64,000 nt of DNA from Clostridia bacterium (GCA_017481235.1 JAFUPL010000030.1:578-64577), one strand, 5' to 3'. Shown: positions 20,269 through 30,259, counted from the first letter of the stretch. The notes: generated from the sequence alone by a model not told the origin. Made by a program: numbers and translations.

Positions 20269-22080
20269 ATGAGTCAGTATATACAAATGTTTAAACAATG
20301 GTATCGATTAACTAAACCTAACAAAAAGTATTGGATTTTACAATTTATATCCGTTACTATCCCAAGCATATGCTTGGTTTTTGAATCGTATTATTTAGCA
20401 AAAGTGACTACTTGTGTTAGTGCTGGCAACTGGCAATTTGCTATTGCTAACTTAATTATTGCATTTGCTATACTAGTATTACGTTCATTCTGTTGGGATT
20501 TTAATTATCGTAATACATTTAAACTTGTAGGACGTTCGTACCTTCGTATCCAAAAAGAATTGTACGATAAAATTATTGGTTCTAGTGATACAAATTTAAA
20601 TAATAACTCTAAAGAAAAACTTATAAATATAATGCATGGCGCGGTATATGATACTAGCAATTTTGCTGACATAATTTGTAGTAAATATCGTTATTTAATT
20701 TCTGCAATAATATGTATTGGTTATGTAATGTTTGCCAACATTTATATTGGTTTAATTATGGTGGCGGTATTTATATTAAATATTGTAATTTTACGTAAAA
20801 TAAATGATAAAATTGCTTCAACTGTAAAACATACTAAAACATGCGTTGACCGTGAATATGAAGCATTTTCAGATGCAATTGAATCAAAAAATATTGTAGA
20901 AGAACTTGGCATAAAGGAAAAAGTACGTGATAAAACGCTTGACGCAAGTTACGATTACATGAAGGCAAAGTATAAGTATAATGTAGCATGGTCGTATCTT
21001 GATAACTATTTCTATATGTTCTATCGCTTTATACGATTTGGACTTACAATTGCATTGATATTCCTATTAAAAGGCGATTTAATCACCCTCACCGCCTATT
21101 TTGTTATGGTATCATATATTGCCGATACCTTAAGTTATAACAACGACTTTTGTAAACTATTTACCGAACTTAAAAATGTAAATGTAGCGGTTAATCGAGT
21201 AAACATTATATTAAATTTTAATGACCGTACAACTATTAATTTAGGTGATATTAACAAAACTAATATTAATGGAGAAATTGACTTTATCGACGTATACTAT
21301 AAAGCGCAAGATGATGAATTTAAACTTAGATCATTGCATGATGTGTCATTCCATATTGACAATAACGAATGTGTACTATTTAAAGGTGAACGTGGTAGTG
21401 GTAAACGTACAATATTTTATCTATTAAGGCGAATGGTTGAAGTTAATTCTGGTGAAATTTATGTTGGACGTACTCCGCTAAGAGAATATTCAAGAGATAG
21501 TCAAATTGAAAATATAAATTATGTAACCACTAAACCATACTTTTTCAAAAATTCGATTAAAGCAAATCTAAAAATTGTAAATAGCAGTGAAGAAGAAATT
21601 GAAAAAGCGTGTAAACTTGTAAATGTATATAACACAATTATTAATCTAAAAGATGGTTTTGACTCCCCTATTGAAAGTTTAACCCAACGCGACCAATACT
21701 TGCTAAGTGTGGCACGAACACTTCTTATGCACAGCGAAATTGTTATGTTTTATGAGTTTCCTTCATATCTTTCCGCCCAAGACGAGGAAGCAGTTAAAAA
21801 TGTAATAGATATTATACGACTTAATCATACTGTAATAATTTTCTCAGCAACAGACAAATGCGCTAATATTGCTGATAAGATATATGAACTTACTAATTGT
21901 ACAACCAAATTGATTAAAGACAATGCTAATACTACTAAAGAATATTCAGTATTTGACATCTTGCAAGATTATGAACAATCTACAATGTTTAATAAGTCAA
22001 GTGTTAAGAAAAAAGGGTTGAAAAATCTATTAAAACGCTACGCTAAAGAAAACATTGGAAATAATAAAGAACTTGAATAA
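20269..22080 (+). CDS. ABC exporter-like protein (TMD + NBD) with degenerate ATPase motifs
   Basis: About 300 aa of TM domain, then an NBD fold. Walker A is GERGSGKRT, the signature is LTQRD instead of LSGGQ, Walker B is IVMFYEF (no Asp-Glu), and there is no H-loop His. Confidence 0.7.
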   Translation: MSQYIQMFKQWYRLTKPNKKYWILQFISVTIPSICLVFESYYLAKVTTCVSAGNWQFAIANLIIAFAILVLRSFCWDFNYRNTFKLVGRSYLRIQKELYDKIIGSSDTNLNNNSKEKLINIMHGAVYDTSNFADIICSKYRYLISAIICIGYVMFANIYIGLIMVAVFILNIVILRKINDKIASTVKHTKTCVDREYEAFSDAIESKNIVEELGIKEKVRDKTLDASYDYMKAKYKYNVAWSYLDNYFYMFYRFIRFGLTIALIFLLKGDLITLTAYFVMVSYIADTLSYNNDFCKLFTELKNVNVAVNRVNIILNFNDRTTINLGDINKTNINGEIDFIDVYYKAQDDEFKLRSLHDVSFHIDNNECVLFKGERGSGKRTIFYLLRRMVEVNSGEIYVGRTPLREYSRDSQIENINYVTTKPYFFKNSIKANLKIVNSSEEEIEKACKLVNVYNTIINLKDGFDSPIESLTQRDQYLLSVARTLLMHSEIVMFYEFPSYLSAQDEEAVKNVIDIIRLNHTVIIFSATDKCANIADKIYELTNCTTKLIKDNANTTKEYSVFDILQDYEQSTMFNKSSVKKKGLKNLLKRYAKENIGNNKELE

Positions 22081-22083
22081 ACA

Positions 22084-22112
22084 AAAAACACTAGATTTAA
22101 CTAGTGTTTTTT
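22084..22112. terminator. bidirectional intrinsic terminator
   Basis: Stem AAAAACACTAG/CTAGTGTTTTT between convergent genes. Confidence 0.8.
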
Positions 22113-22151
22113 AATGTATTTAACAGATATAACATAAATTTGTTTAAATCT

Positions 22152-22763
22152 TTATTTATGTTGTACAACATTTTTTCTTAAATCATGTAACTTAATATTA
22201 TTTATCTCAAATTCTTTTTCATGCAACTTAATCAATCTTTTTGTATTAAAGTTTTGATAAGATATTGTGTTATGCTCTAAAACATTTACTAAAGCATCAT
22301 ATTGCGCATTTGTTATTTTCTTATTATTAAAAATAGGCATAGGCATATCAAAAGTAGGCAACTCTCCCCTATTGATACTAACTTTTACAAATCCTAAATC
22401 ATGTACTAACAAGTTGTCAGTTGCTAAAAAATTAACTTTAATTAAATGATATAAATCCATATCTTCATATTGAACATAATCAAATTGATCTAAATAAAAA
22501 TCTCTAATATCTTTCAATGTAAAATTTTCATCGTCTACTATAAATTCACTTACTTCAGTGTCAAAATCAATATCTTTATGAATTCGCATAAGTTCCTTAT
22601 AGTTTTTATAAAATTCTTCGGTAAATGTTATGTGACTAATAACACCTTTTTGTCTACAATCAAATATCTTACCAGTTGGTGTAATGTATATTGACATATG
22701 ACCATTTTGAGTATGTTTTAAGTGTTCGTCTAGTGTATATAAATTTAATAATTGCTTATACAT
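22152..22763 (-). CDS. hypothetical protein (about 203 aa)
   Basis: The ORF track extends to 22796, but the ATG at 22763 (MYKQLL) removes the overlap with rnhA and has an AAAGGG RBS. No known motif. Confidence 0.5.
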   Translation of the reverse strand: MYKQLLNLYTLDEHLKHTQNGHMSIYITPTGKIFDCRQKGVISHITFTEEFYKNYKELMRIHKDIDFDTEVSEFIVDDENFTLKDIRDFYLDQFDYVQYEDMDLYHLIKVNFLATDNLLVHDLGFVKVSINRGELPTFDMPMPIFNNKKITNAQYDALVNVLEHNTISYQNFNTKRLIKLHEKEFEINNIKLHDLRKNVVQHK

Positions 22764-22773
22764 AAATTGCCCT

Positions 22774-23211
22774 TTAAATATTTTTACTAATTTCAAGTCT
22801 TGCTAGTTCGTCACAGCGATTGTTGTATGGATTATCTGCATGACCCTTTACCTTAATCCATTCAATTTGATGATAATCATTTAGGTTGATAAGGCGTTGC
22901 CACAACTCAATATTTTCAATAGGTTTCTTTTTAGCATTTTTAAAACCATTACGTTGCCAATTCCCTACCCAGTCTTGAACAAATGCATTGATTACATATG
23001 CGCTATCGCTATATAACTGAACCTTGCAAGGTTCTTTTAATTTAAGTAATGCTTCAATTACAGCAGTTAGTTCCATTTGGTTGTTAGTGGTTTCTGGATT
23101 AAACCCGCTAATCTCCATTTTAGTGTCCTTGTACATCAAAATCGCTCCCCAACCACCAGGTCCAGGGTTATAACTACATGCTCCATCTGTATAAATAACA
23201 ATATTTTTCAC
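22774..23211 (-). CDS. rnhA: ribonuclease HI
   Basis: YTDGAC, NNQMELTAV, SDSAYVIN and KGHADNPYNNRCDELA segments carry the DEDD residues. GTG start. Confidence 0.92.
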   Translation of the reverse strand: MKNIVIYTDGACSYNPGPGGWGAILMYKDTKMEISGFNPETTNNQMELTAVIEALLKLKEPCKVQLYSDSAYVINAFVQDWVGNWQRNGFKNAKKKPIENIELWQRLINLNDYHQIEWIKVKGHADNPYNNRCDELARLEISKNI

Positions 23212-23286
23212 TAGTCCCTCACTCTTTAATTACATACTAACATATAATACAATTAAAATCAAGTCGTTTTTAATTATTTTCATTAA

Positions 23287-23315
23287 TAAAAAACTCCAAT
23301 CATAAATGATTGGAA
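23287..23315 (-). terminator. terminator after tRNA-Trp
   Basis: Stem TCCAATCA/TGATTGGA followed by T6 on the minus strand. Confidence 0.75.
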
Positions 23316-23319
23316 CTTT

Positions 23320-23394
23320 TGGCAGGGGAGACGCGATTCGAACACGCAACCTACGGTTTTGGAGACCGCTACTCTACCATTGAGCCACTCCCCT
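23320..23394 (-). tRNA. tRNA-Trp (anticodon CCA), CCA encoded
   Basis: Manual cloverleaf: acceptor AGGGGAG/CTCCCCT, anticodon loop CTCCAAA, T-loop GTTCGAATC. Confidence 0.9.
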
Positions 23395-23470
23395 ATACGT
23401 TACATAATATATTATATACTAAATAACCTATATAGTCAACTATTTTTTTAAAAATATTTTATAATATTAT

Positions 23471-23505
23471 AAAAAAATGCTAACAATTAAGTTAGCATTT
23501 TTTTT
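23471..23505. terminator. intrinsic terminator
   Basis: Stem ATGCTAAC/GTTAGCAT flanked by A7 and T8. Confidence 0.8.
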
Positions 23506-23507
23506 AC

Positions 23508-23825
23508 TTAAAAATCTTCCTTACACCATGATTTAGTGTTACAATAAGGACAACGCAATCTACGTCTTGTTGGAGTATGAATTGCCCATATTATAGTATT
23601 TGCTGAAGGTTTGAATATTTGATTACATTTAGGACATACAAACTTTACATGGTTCATATATATAACGATTGTACATACAAATAATATTATAAATACTGGA
23701 CAAATCACTGCAAAAGGAATCCAAGTATTTAACTCAGTCCAAATAATTATACTTCCAGCAAAAGCCACAATCATTAAAATTGTAGCAATTGCCATAAACA
23801 AATATAACTTCTTGCGTTTGTTCAT
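23508..23825 (-). CDS. small membrane protein with C-terminal zinc-ribbon (CPKC..CPYC)
   Basis: Two TM helices and a 4-Cys ribbon. The start is moved to the ATG at 23825, which follows GGTAGGAGATAGT. Confidence 0.5.
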   Translation of the reverse strand: MNKRKKLYLFMAIATILMIVAFAGSIIIWTELNTWIPFAVICPVFIILFVCTIVIYMNHVKFVCPKCNQIFKPSANTIIWAIHTPTRRRLRCPYCNTKSWCKEDF

Positions 23826-23838
23826 ACTATCTCCTACC

Positions 23839-23888
23839 ATAATGCGAAAGCGTCCTTAATTTTTCACTTTTCACTATTCATTCTTCAT
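23839..23888. repeat. H-element copy 1: ATAATGCGAAAGC module + 4 tandem heptamers (TTTTCAC TTTTCAC TATTCAT TCTTCAT)
   Basis: Read directly from the sequence. It fills the whole gap between the rny stop (23890) and the next RBS. The 13-mer and 14-mer are shared exactly with other copies. Confidence 0.8.
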
Positions 23889-23889
23889 T

Positions 23890-25488
23890 TTATTTTGCGG
23901 TGTCACTAAAACGAGATTCACGGATAACATATACTTTGATTTGACCTGGATATTCAAGTTCTTTTTCAATCTTTTGAGCAATATCACGAGCCAAAACTTG
24001 TGCTTTAGCGTCATCAACTTCTTCTGGTTTAACCATTACACGAACTTCACGACCTGCTTGGATAGCATAAGCGGTATCAATACCATCAAAACTAGTAGCA
24101 ATTGCTTCAAGGTTTTGAAGACGTTTGATATAGTTTTCCAAACTTTCACGTCTAGCACCTGGGCGCGCACTACTAATAGTATCAGCCGCTTGAACTAGCA
24201 CTGCTTCGATAGTTTGAGGTTCGATATCATTGTGGTGAGCGTGAATACAGTGTATTACAGCATCACTTTCCTTGTACTTTTTGGCAAGTTCTACACCAAT
24301 TGATACGTGTGTGCCATCAACTTCATGGTCAATCGCCTTACCAATATCGTGTAATAGACCTGCACGTTTAGCAACTTTGGCATTAGCGCCAATTTCAGTT
24401 GCAAGCATACTAGCAATATATGCCACTTCCAACGAATGATTTAATACATTTTGACCATAACTTGTACGATACTTTAGTCTACCTAAAGTTTTAACAAGTT
24501 CTGGATGCAAGTTGTGGATATCAGCATCAAAACATGCTTCCTCACCTGCTTGCTTAATAGTTTGTTCAACGTCTTTACGAACCTTATTTACCAACTCCTC
24601 AATACGTGCCGGATGAATACGTCCGTCCATAATAAGTTTTTCAAGTGCAATACGAGCAATTTCACGTCTTACTGGATCAAATCCAGACAATGTGATTGCT
24701 TCAGGAGTATCATCAACTATAAGGTCAACACCAGTTGCTGCTTCAAGTGCCCTAATATTACGACCTTCACGACCAATAATACGTCCTTTCATCTCCTCGC
24801 TAGGAAGAGTAACTACTGATACAGTTGCCTCAGCGGTTTGGTCAGCGGCACATCGTTGAATTGCAAGTGTAATGATATTACGTGCAATCTTATCAGCGTC
24901 ATTTTTTGCTTGTTCTTCAATTTCTTTTACCTTTTTAGATGCATCAATCTTTGCTTCTTGAGTGTAGCGAGCAATGATTTCTTCTTTGGCTTGTTCCTTA
25001 GAATAACCTGCCACTTCCTCTAACTTAGCCACTACTTGCATTTTAGCATCTTCAAGTTCTTGAGATTTTTCAACTAATTGTTGTTCACGCTCAACAAGTT
25101 TTTCCTTTTGAATATCAATTGCTTCCAACTTTTTATCAAGATTTTCCTCTTTTTTGTCAAGGTTTGCTTCACGTAAAGTGATACGTTCCTCACTGCGCTT
25201 TGCTTCTTCCCTACGTTCGCGGTTTTCTGCTTCAAAAGTAGACTTTAGCAAATTGATTTCATCAGTTGTTTGCTTTAATTGTTGTTGTTTAATATTTTTT
25301 GCTTGTGCGTAAGCGTCCTCTAATATCTTGTTTGCTTGTGCCTTACTGCCTTCTATCTTTTTACCATATAAAAATTTGTTTAACACAAAACCTGCACCAG
25401 CGCCCACTCCAAGAGCCACTATCACAGATATAACGATTGTTAATATTAAAGGAGCACCACTCATAAGCATAGTACTACTAATGCTCAT
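23890..25488 (-). CDS. rny: ribonuclease Y
   Basis: N-terminal TM helix, coiled coil, KH domain ([15 protein letters not shown]) and HD domain ([10 protein letters not shown]). Confidence 0.95.
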   Translation of the reverse strand: MSISSTMLMSGAPLILTIVISVIVALGVGAGAGFVLNKFLYGKKIEGSKAQANKILEDAYAQAKNIKQQQLKQTTDEINLLKSTFEAENRERREEAKRSEERITLREANLDKKEENLDKKLEAIDIQKEKLVEREQQLVEKSQELEDAKMQVVAKLEEVAGYSKEQAKEEIIARYTQEAKIDASKKVKEIEEQAKNDADKIARNIITLAIQRCAADQTAEATVSVVTLPSEEMKGRIIGREGRNIRALEAATGVDLIVDDTPEAITLSGFDPVRREIARIALEKLIMDGRIHPARIEELVNKVRKDVEQTIKQAGEEACFDADIHNLHPELVKTLGRLKYRTSYGQNVLNHSLEVAYIASMLATEIGANAKVAKRAGLLHDIGKAIDHEVDGTHVSIGVELAKKYKESDAVIHCIHAHHNDIEPQTIEAVLVQAADTISSARPGARRESLENYIKRLQNLEAIATSFDGIDTAYAIQAGREVRVMVKPEEVDDAKAQVLARDIAQKIEKELEYPGQIKVYVIRESRFSDTAK

Positions 25489-25538
25489 AAATTTCTCCCT
25501 TTAAAAGTATCAATACGATACCTTTAATTATTATAACT

Positions 25539-25575
25539 AAAAAAATCCTTGATGTCAAGTTTTCAAGGATTTTTA
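25539..25575 (-). terminator. thiI intrinsic terminator
   Basis: Stem ATCCTTGA/TCAAGGAT with a T-run on the minus strand. Confidence 0.75.
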
Positions 25576-25639
25576 TTTAAATTTTTTAACATGCTATATA
25601 TTGTGTATATTGCGTACAAACTACCAAATATAATGGGAA

Positions 25640-26791
25640 CTACAATTCAATTACAATAATTTCATCAATTGCTTTTTGAATAAGTTCGCTTAGCGGAATA
25701 TGTGTTTCTTCAATTTCAGCAATCTTAATCTTGGGTTTGATTACTGGATTTTGTGGTAAAAACACAGTACAACAATCTTCATAAGGAAGTATTGATGTTT
25801 CATAAGTGTTAATTTCTTGTGCAACTTTTATAATTTCATCTTTATTAAAACTGATTAATGGTCTAAGAATAGGATAATTACCTGCCATACTATTAGTTAC
25901 AGTTATACTTTCAATAGTTTGAGAAGCAACTTGACCTAAACTCTCCCCTGTAATAATAGTTTTGTAGTTATATCTCTCACACAAAATAGTTGCAACCTTT
26001 ATCATAGCGCGTCTAAGTAGTGTAATTGCATATTCTTCCTTACAATGTAAGTGAAATTCTTCTTGAAGTTTTGACATTGACACAATGTACATATAACGGC
26101 AACCGATATAGTTTTTAATTTGCTTTGCAAGACTTATAACCTTTTCGCGCGCTTGAGGACTAGTGTAAGGATAACTATCAAAGTGCAATATATCTTGCCT
26201 TAACCCACGTTTTGCCATTTGGAAACCCGCTACTGGGCTATCAATACCACCTGAAAGCAATAACAATCCATCACGATACTCGCCTAATGGCATACCACCA
26301 TAAGTATATATTATTTTATCAAATATATAGGTCTTACCATTTTCACGAATATCAATATGTACCACCGTTTCAGGTTTGCGTACATCTACATACGCATTAG
26401 GACAATGGTCTAGTATCACACCACCCATATCTGCGGCCATTTGGTTTGATTTGATAGGAAAAGTCTTATCCGCACGGTTACAATCTACCTTAAAACTACC
26501 GCTAATATCAAGTTTTGCACAAAAATCGGTAATATCTTCAATGGTTGACGGAATTACACTTGCAACACTAACTGAATATACGCCAAACACTTTTTTAATT
26601 TCGCGTATAATCATATCTTCGTCATCAACGTCGTAATCACTAACTACTACCCTATTTTGAATAGGTGTAATTACTTTTTTATACTCTTTTAAAGCGGTTT
26701 TGATATTTGTGTATAAAAGTTTTAAAAAGTACCCTTTATTTTTACCTTTTAAATGTATTTCTGAAAATCTAATTAAAATTACTTGTTCCAT
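25640..26791 (-). CDS. thiI: tRNA 4-thiouridine synthase ThiI
   Basis: THUMP-type N-terminus and the PP-loop LLSGGIDSPVA. Confidence 0.92.
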   Translation of the reverse strand: MEQVILIRFSEIHLKGKNKGYFLKLLYTNIKTALKEYKKVITPIQNRVVVSDYDVDDEDMIIREIKKVFGVYSVSVASVIPSTIEDITDFCAKLDISGSFKVDCNRADKTFPIKSNQMAADMGGVILDHCPNAYVDVRKPETVVHIDIRENGKTYIFDKIIYTYGGMPLGEYRDGLLLLSGGIDSPVAGFQMAKRGLRQDILHFDSYPYTSPQAREKVISLAKQIKNYIGCRYMYIVSMSKLQEEFHLHCKEEYAITLLRRAMIKVATILCERYNYKTIITGESLGQVASQTIESITVTNSMAGNYPILRPLISFNKDEIIKVAQEINTYETSILPYEDCCTVFLPQNPVIKPKIKIAEIEETHIPLSELIQKAIDEIIVIEL

Positions 26792-26827
26792 TATTTCCTC
26801 TTTATGATATTTTTAACTTAGTTTATT

Positions 26828-26965
26828 ATGTCCGTAATCGAAGTATTTAAAGGCCTCTTAAGTAAGAGGCTGTCGGCAAATGCCGACTGGTGATATGAAA
26901 ATATTATAACAGTTCATATCATCCGTCAACCTTCGATTGCCACCTTCTTACTTAAGAAGGCTTAT
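26828..26965. repeat. multi-hairpin intergenic element, copy A (family A/B/E)
   Basis: Four perfect hairpins plus a long-range pairing AATCGAAG/CTTCGATT. Colinear with 56491-56552. Confidence 0.75.
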
Positions 26966-26990
26966 TATAATAAAATATCAAATAAACTGA

Positions 26991-28112
26991 TTATTTTTTA
27001 GTTTTACTATAATATAGTTCAACGTTTTTATTAATAGCATATGCTAGGTCTATCATATCTTGTTTAGTGCAATCTGTTTCAAAACTAATACGGATAGCAC
27101 CTAAAATATAATCTTGGTTTACACCAATTTCAGTTAACACGCGATTGGCGGTGTTTTTGCTATTGCACGCCGAACCTGTACCTATTAAAAACCCGTCAAC
27201 TTCAAGCATATGAACCAAAGTTTCACCTCTCAAATCCTTAAAGCATAGTGAAATAATATTAGGCACACATTTGTCAGTTGAAATCAATTTATAAGGAACT
27301 GTGATATTGTCTAAAAGAGTTTGTTTTAACTCTCTAACAGTATCATATTCCATAATAGGTAAATTTATTGCCTTGCTAAAAGCCATAACTGCTGGGAAAT
27401 TTTCAGTTCCACCACGTAAATTCATTTCTTGTCCTCCGCCGTATATAAATGGTGTAAACTTGTTAGGATTTGCAATATATAGACCCGCAATACCTTTAAC
27501 ACCATTAATTTTATGTGATGATATGGTATAAAAATCTACCCCTAAATTTACCATATTAAGTTTAATTTTGTGTAATGCTTGCACCCCGTCACTATGAATT
27601 AATATATTAGGATTGATTTGTTTGCAACGCTTAGCAATGTATTTAATGTCATTAATAGCACCTGTTTCATTGCTAACATGAATAAGTGATACAAAATCCG
27701 TATTTCGGTCAATCATGCTAAACAAAACTTCTTGATTAACACTTCCATCTTCGTTTAGTGGAGCAAAATCAATATTATACCCTTCATTAATCATTGCTTT
27801 AGCGGTGTTGTAAGTAGATGAATGTTCACCCGCGGATATAATATACTTCTTGTCCTTACGTTTGATACAATTTCTAAGCACTGCATTGTTACTTTCAGTA
27901 GCACATGATGTGAATATGAATGTTGACTTATTTGCTCCGCCTAAATAACGTAATATACTTTCACGCGCCATCTCAATTTTATTTTTAACACTTAAACTTG
28001 GCGTATACAAACTAGATGGATTAAAAAACTCATTACACGCATCATTATATGCTTGTAAAACCTCCGCTTTTACCCTAGTTGTTGCTGCATTATCAAAATA
28101 TTTATAATTCAT
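26991..28112 (-). CDS. cysteine desulfurase (class V aminotransferase, NifS/IscS-like)
   Basis: PLP-Lys motif SSHKINGVKG and active-site Cys in GTGSACNS. The likely start is the ATG at 28112 (MNYKYFDNAATT); the ORF track starts at a TTG at 28148. Confidence 0.88.
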   Translation of the reverse strand: MNYKYFDNAATTRVKAEVLQAYNDACNEFFNPSSLYTPSLSVKNKIEMARESILRYLGGANKSTFIFTSCATESNNAVLRNCIKRKDKKYIISAGEHSSTYNTAKAMINEGYNIDFAPLNEDGSVNQEVLFSMIDRNTDFVSLIHVSNETGAINDIKYIAKRCKQINPNILIHSDGVQALHKIKLNMVNLGVDFYTISSHKINGVKGIAGLYIANPNKFTPFIYGGGQEMNLRGGTENFPAVMAFSKAINLPIMEYDTVRELKQTLLDNITVPYKLISTDKCVPNIISLCFKDLRGETLVHMLEVDGFLIGTGSACNSKNTANRVLTEIGVNQDYILGAIRISFETDCTKQDMIDLAYAINKNVELYYSKTKK

Positions 28113-28183
28113 AACCACTATTATAGCAAACAACTTAACATTTTTCAATCATTTAATTAAAAATAATTAAAATAATATGCAAT

Positions 28184-28846
28184 TTAAGCATTAGGCACTA
28201 GGTTTAATACCTTATCACTCATTCCATTGTTAAAGTACACATTAGGCACTTTACCTACAATAACACTTTCGCAAAGTAACACTTGTTGTTTAACGTCAAT
28301 AGTTTGCTTCTTTATTGGCAAATTCATTTCAACCCTAGCATTAATGGTTAAATATATTTTATGTAAAGTGTTGTTAATGCCAACACTTATGAAGTTTGAG
28401 TCAAAACTACTGCCAATAATACCAACTGGACTAGCACTAAGTTTAATACGTTTTCCCCTGCCATTAAATAATGCAATACCTGACAATGTTCCTAACGGTA
28501 TTTGCATATACTCTTCGTCTATAATTTTAATACGTTCGTTAGCGTCTTTAATAATCTCACGCGTGATTGTATTAATCATATATTGGTTGGCGGTAATATA
28601 ATTAATTTCACCACTTTGATTGTAGTTAATACTCATAATGCTATCATAATTAATTGTTGTGTTAATTACATTGCTTACAGCCACGTTTAATGCTTGTTCA
28701 GTAATACTATTTATCTTGGCACTACAATAAGTTTTAATAATAGGAACTAACACTAACATATAATACCAAATACAAATACAAAAAAACACCACTAATATAA
28801 ATAATGGTTTAACTAAACGCTTGCGTGATGTTTTTCTCATATTCAA
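28184..28846 (-). CDS. yunB: sporulation protein YunB-like
   Basis: N-terminal TM helix, then IPLGTLSG..GRGKRIKL..VGINNTLHKIYL segments resembling the YunB family. Sits next to the spoVA genes. Confidence 0.6.
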   Translation of the reverse strand: MNMRKTSRKRLVKPLFILVVFFCICIWYYMLVLVPIIKTYCSAKINSITEQALNVAVSNVINTTINYDSIMSINYNQSGEINYITANQYMINTITREIIKDANERIKIIDEEYMQIPLGTLSGIALFNGRGKRIKLSASPVGIIGSSFDSNFISVGINNTLHKIYLTINARVEMNLPIKKQTIDVKQQVLLCESVIVGKVPNVYFNNGMSDKVLNLVPNA

Positions 28847-28874
28847 TTATATGTTAGTCAAAATACAAATATAA

Positions 28875-29252
28875 TCATTTCAAATGCTTTGTTCTACTAT
28901 TAAATATTAATCCTACTAAGAAAGCAGATACTATTGCTACGGCAATACCTCCAGCGGTGGCGGTAAGTCCTCCTTGTAGCACTCCAAGCAAACCACCCTT
29001 TTTAGCACCCTCAATAGCTCCTTTAGCAAGGGTTGCACCAAAACCTATAATAGGTACAGTTGCGCCCGCCTTTGCAAAGTCCTTAAAATATGGGTACACA
29101 CCAAATGCTTGTAGTACAACACCTAACATTAAAAATAATACCAGTATTCGCGAAGTCGTAATGCTTGTTCGTACTACTAATATTTGCGCTAAACCACAAA
29201 TTAATCCGCCTACTAAAAATGAAATAAGATAATTCATAATATTAAATTCCAT
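28875..29252 (-). CDS. spoVAE: stage V sporulation protein AE (SpoVAEB-type)
   Basis: Four-TM protein with the VPIIGFGATLAKG motif. Its ATG overlaps the spoVAD TAA (TAATG). Confidence 0.85.
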   Translation of the reverse strand: MEFNIMNYLISFLVGGLICGLAQILVVRTSITTSRILVLFLMLGVVLQAFGVYPYFKDFAKAGATVPIIGFGATLAKGAIEGAKKGGLLGVLQGGLTATAGGIAVAIVSAFLVGLIFNSRTKHLK

Positions 29253-30259
29253 TATTTACTCCTTTCAATACATACTGCATGAGCAATACCTGGTATACTA
29301 TCACCTTGTTGACTGGTAGTAGTGCTTAATAATGCACCTGTTGCGACTAATAATACCTTTTTAAAATCTCCATTAAGGAGTTTGTGCATAATATATGAAT
29401 TAAGCACGGTTGCACTACAACCACTACCACTTCCGCCCATAAACACCTTTTCTTGCTTATTGTAAATTAGATTACCACAATCGCTATAGTTTTGACCTAG
29501 TTTAATGCCTTTACGCTCTAATAAGTCTACTAGAATTTCGCTACCAAGTTTGCCTAAATCACCAGTTGCAATAAGGTCGTAGTCTTCCACTTTAGTATTA
29601 GTGCCTTTTAAGTGTGTCATAATGGTATCCATTGCGGCGGGTGCCATGCACGCGCCCATATTATTTACGTCCTTAATGCCAAAGTCAACTACTTTACCAA
29701 AAGTAGCACTTGTAATCACAGGTCCATCACCTCTAGCAGACAAAATTGTCGCTCCACCACCCGTTACTGTCCATTGAGATGTAGGTGGACGTTGATTGCC
29801 TAGTTCTAGAGGAAAGCGATATTGTCGTTCGGCACTAGAAAAGTGACTAGCAGTGGCGCAACATACCTTACTGAACACTTGCCTATCAATGAGCGTTGCC
29901 CCTAGTGCTAAACTTTCAGCCATTGTAGCACACGCGCTATATAACCCTATAAACGTTATGCCAAATTTACGTGCAGCAAATGACGAACTAACTATTTGAT
30001 TTAATAAATCTCCTCCAAGCAACACATCAATATCATTAAGTTTAAGTCCTGCGTTATCAATAGCACCAAAAATAATATGTTCTAATAGTTTTCGTTCTGC
30101 TTTTTCAAATGTATCCTCATTTAGTTTGTCATCTTGTAATTTATAACTCAAATAATCACTTATAGGACCTTTACTCTCTAGCGGTCCACCGATACTATAA
30201 CTTCCTACAATAGTGGGTTTGTTATTAAATATAACTGTTTGCTTATTTGTACTAACCAT
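29252..30259 (-). CDS. spoVAD: stage V sporulation protein AD
   Basis: 335 aa thiolase-like protein (GLYSACATMAESL, GGSGSGCSA) between spoVAC and spoVAE. Confidence 0.92.
   Translation of the reverse strand: MVSTNKQTVIFNNKPTIVGSYSIGGPLESKGPISDYLSYKLQDDKLNEDTFEKAERKLLEHIIFGAIDNAGLKLNDIDVLLGGDLLNQIVSSSFAARKFGITFIGLYSACATMAESLALGATLIDRQVFSKVCCATASHFSSAERQYRFPLELGNQRPPTSQWTVTGGGATILSARGDGPVITSATFGKVVDFGIKDVNNMGACMAPAAMDTIMTHLKGTNTKVEDYDLIATGDLGKLGSEILVDLLERKGIKLGQNYSDCGNLIYNKQEKVFMGGSGSGCSATVLNSYIMHKLLNGDFKKVLLVATGALLSTTTSQQGDSIPGIAHAVCIERSK

Noticed and set aside
23839-23888. Whether the tandem heptamer arrays (also at 52257-52291, 61814-61893 and 63651-63681) are CRISPR-like arrays or coding repeats.
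   Set aside because: The period is 7 nt with no spacers and only 3-5 units, and no cas genes are present. The arrays are intergenic apart from a 10-nt overlap with the pcrA 3' end.
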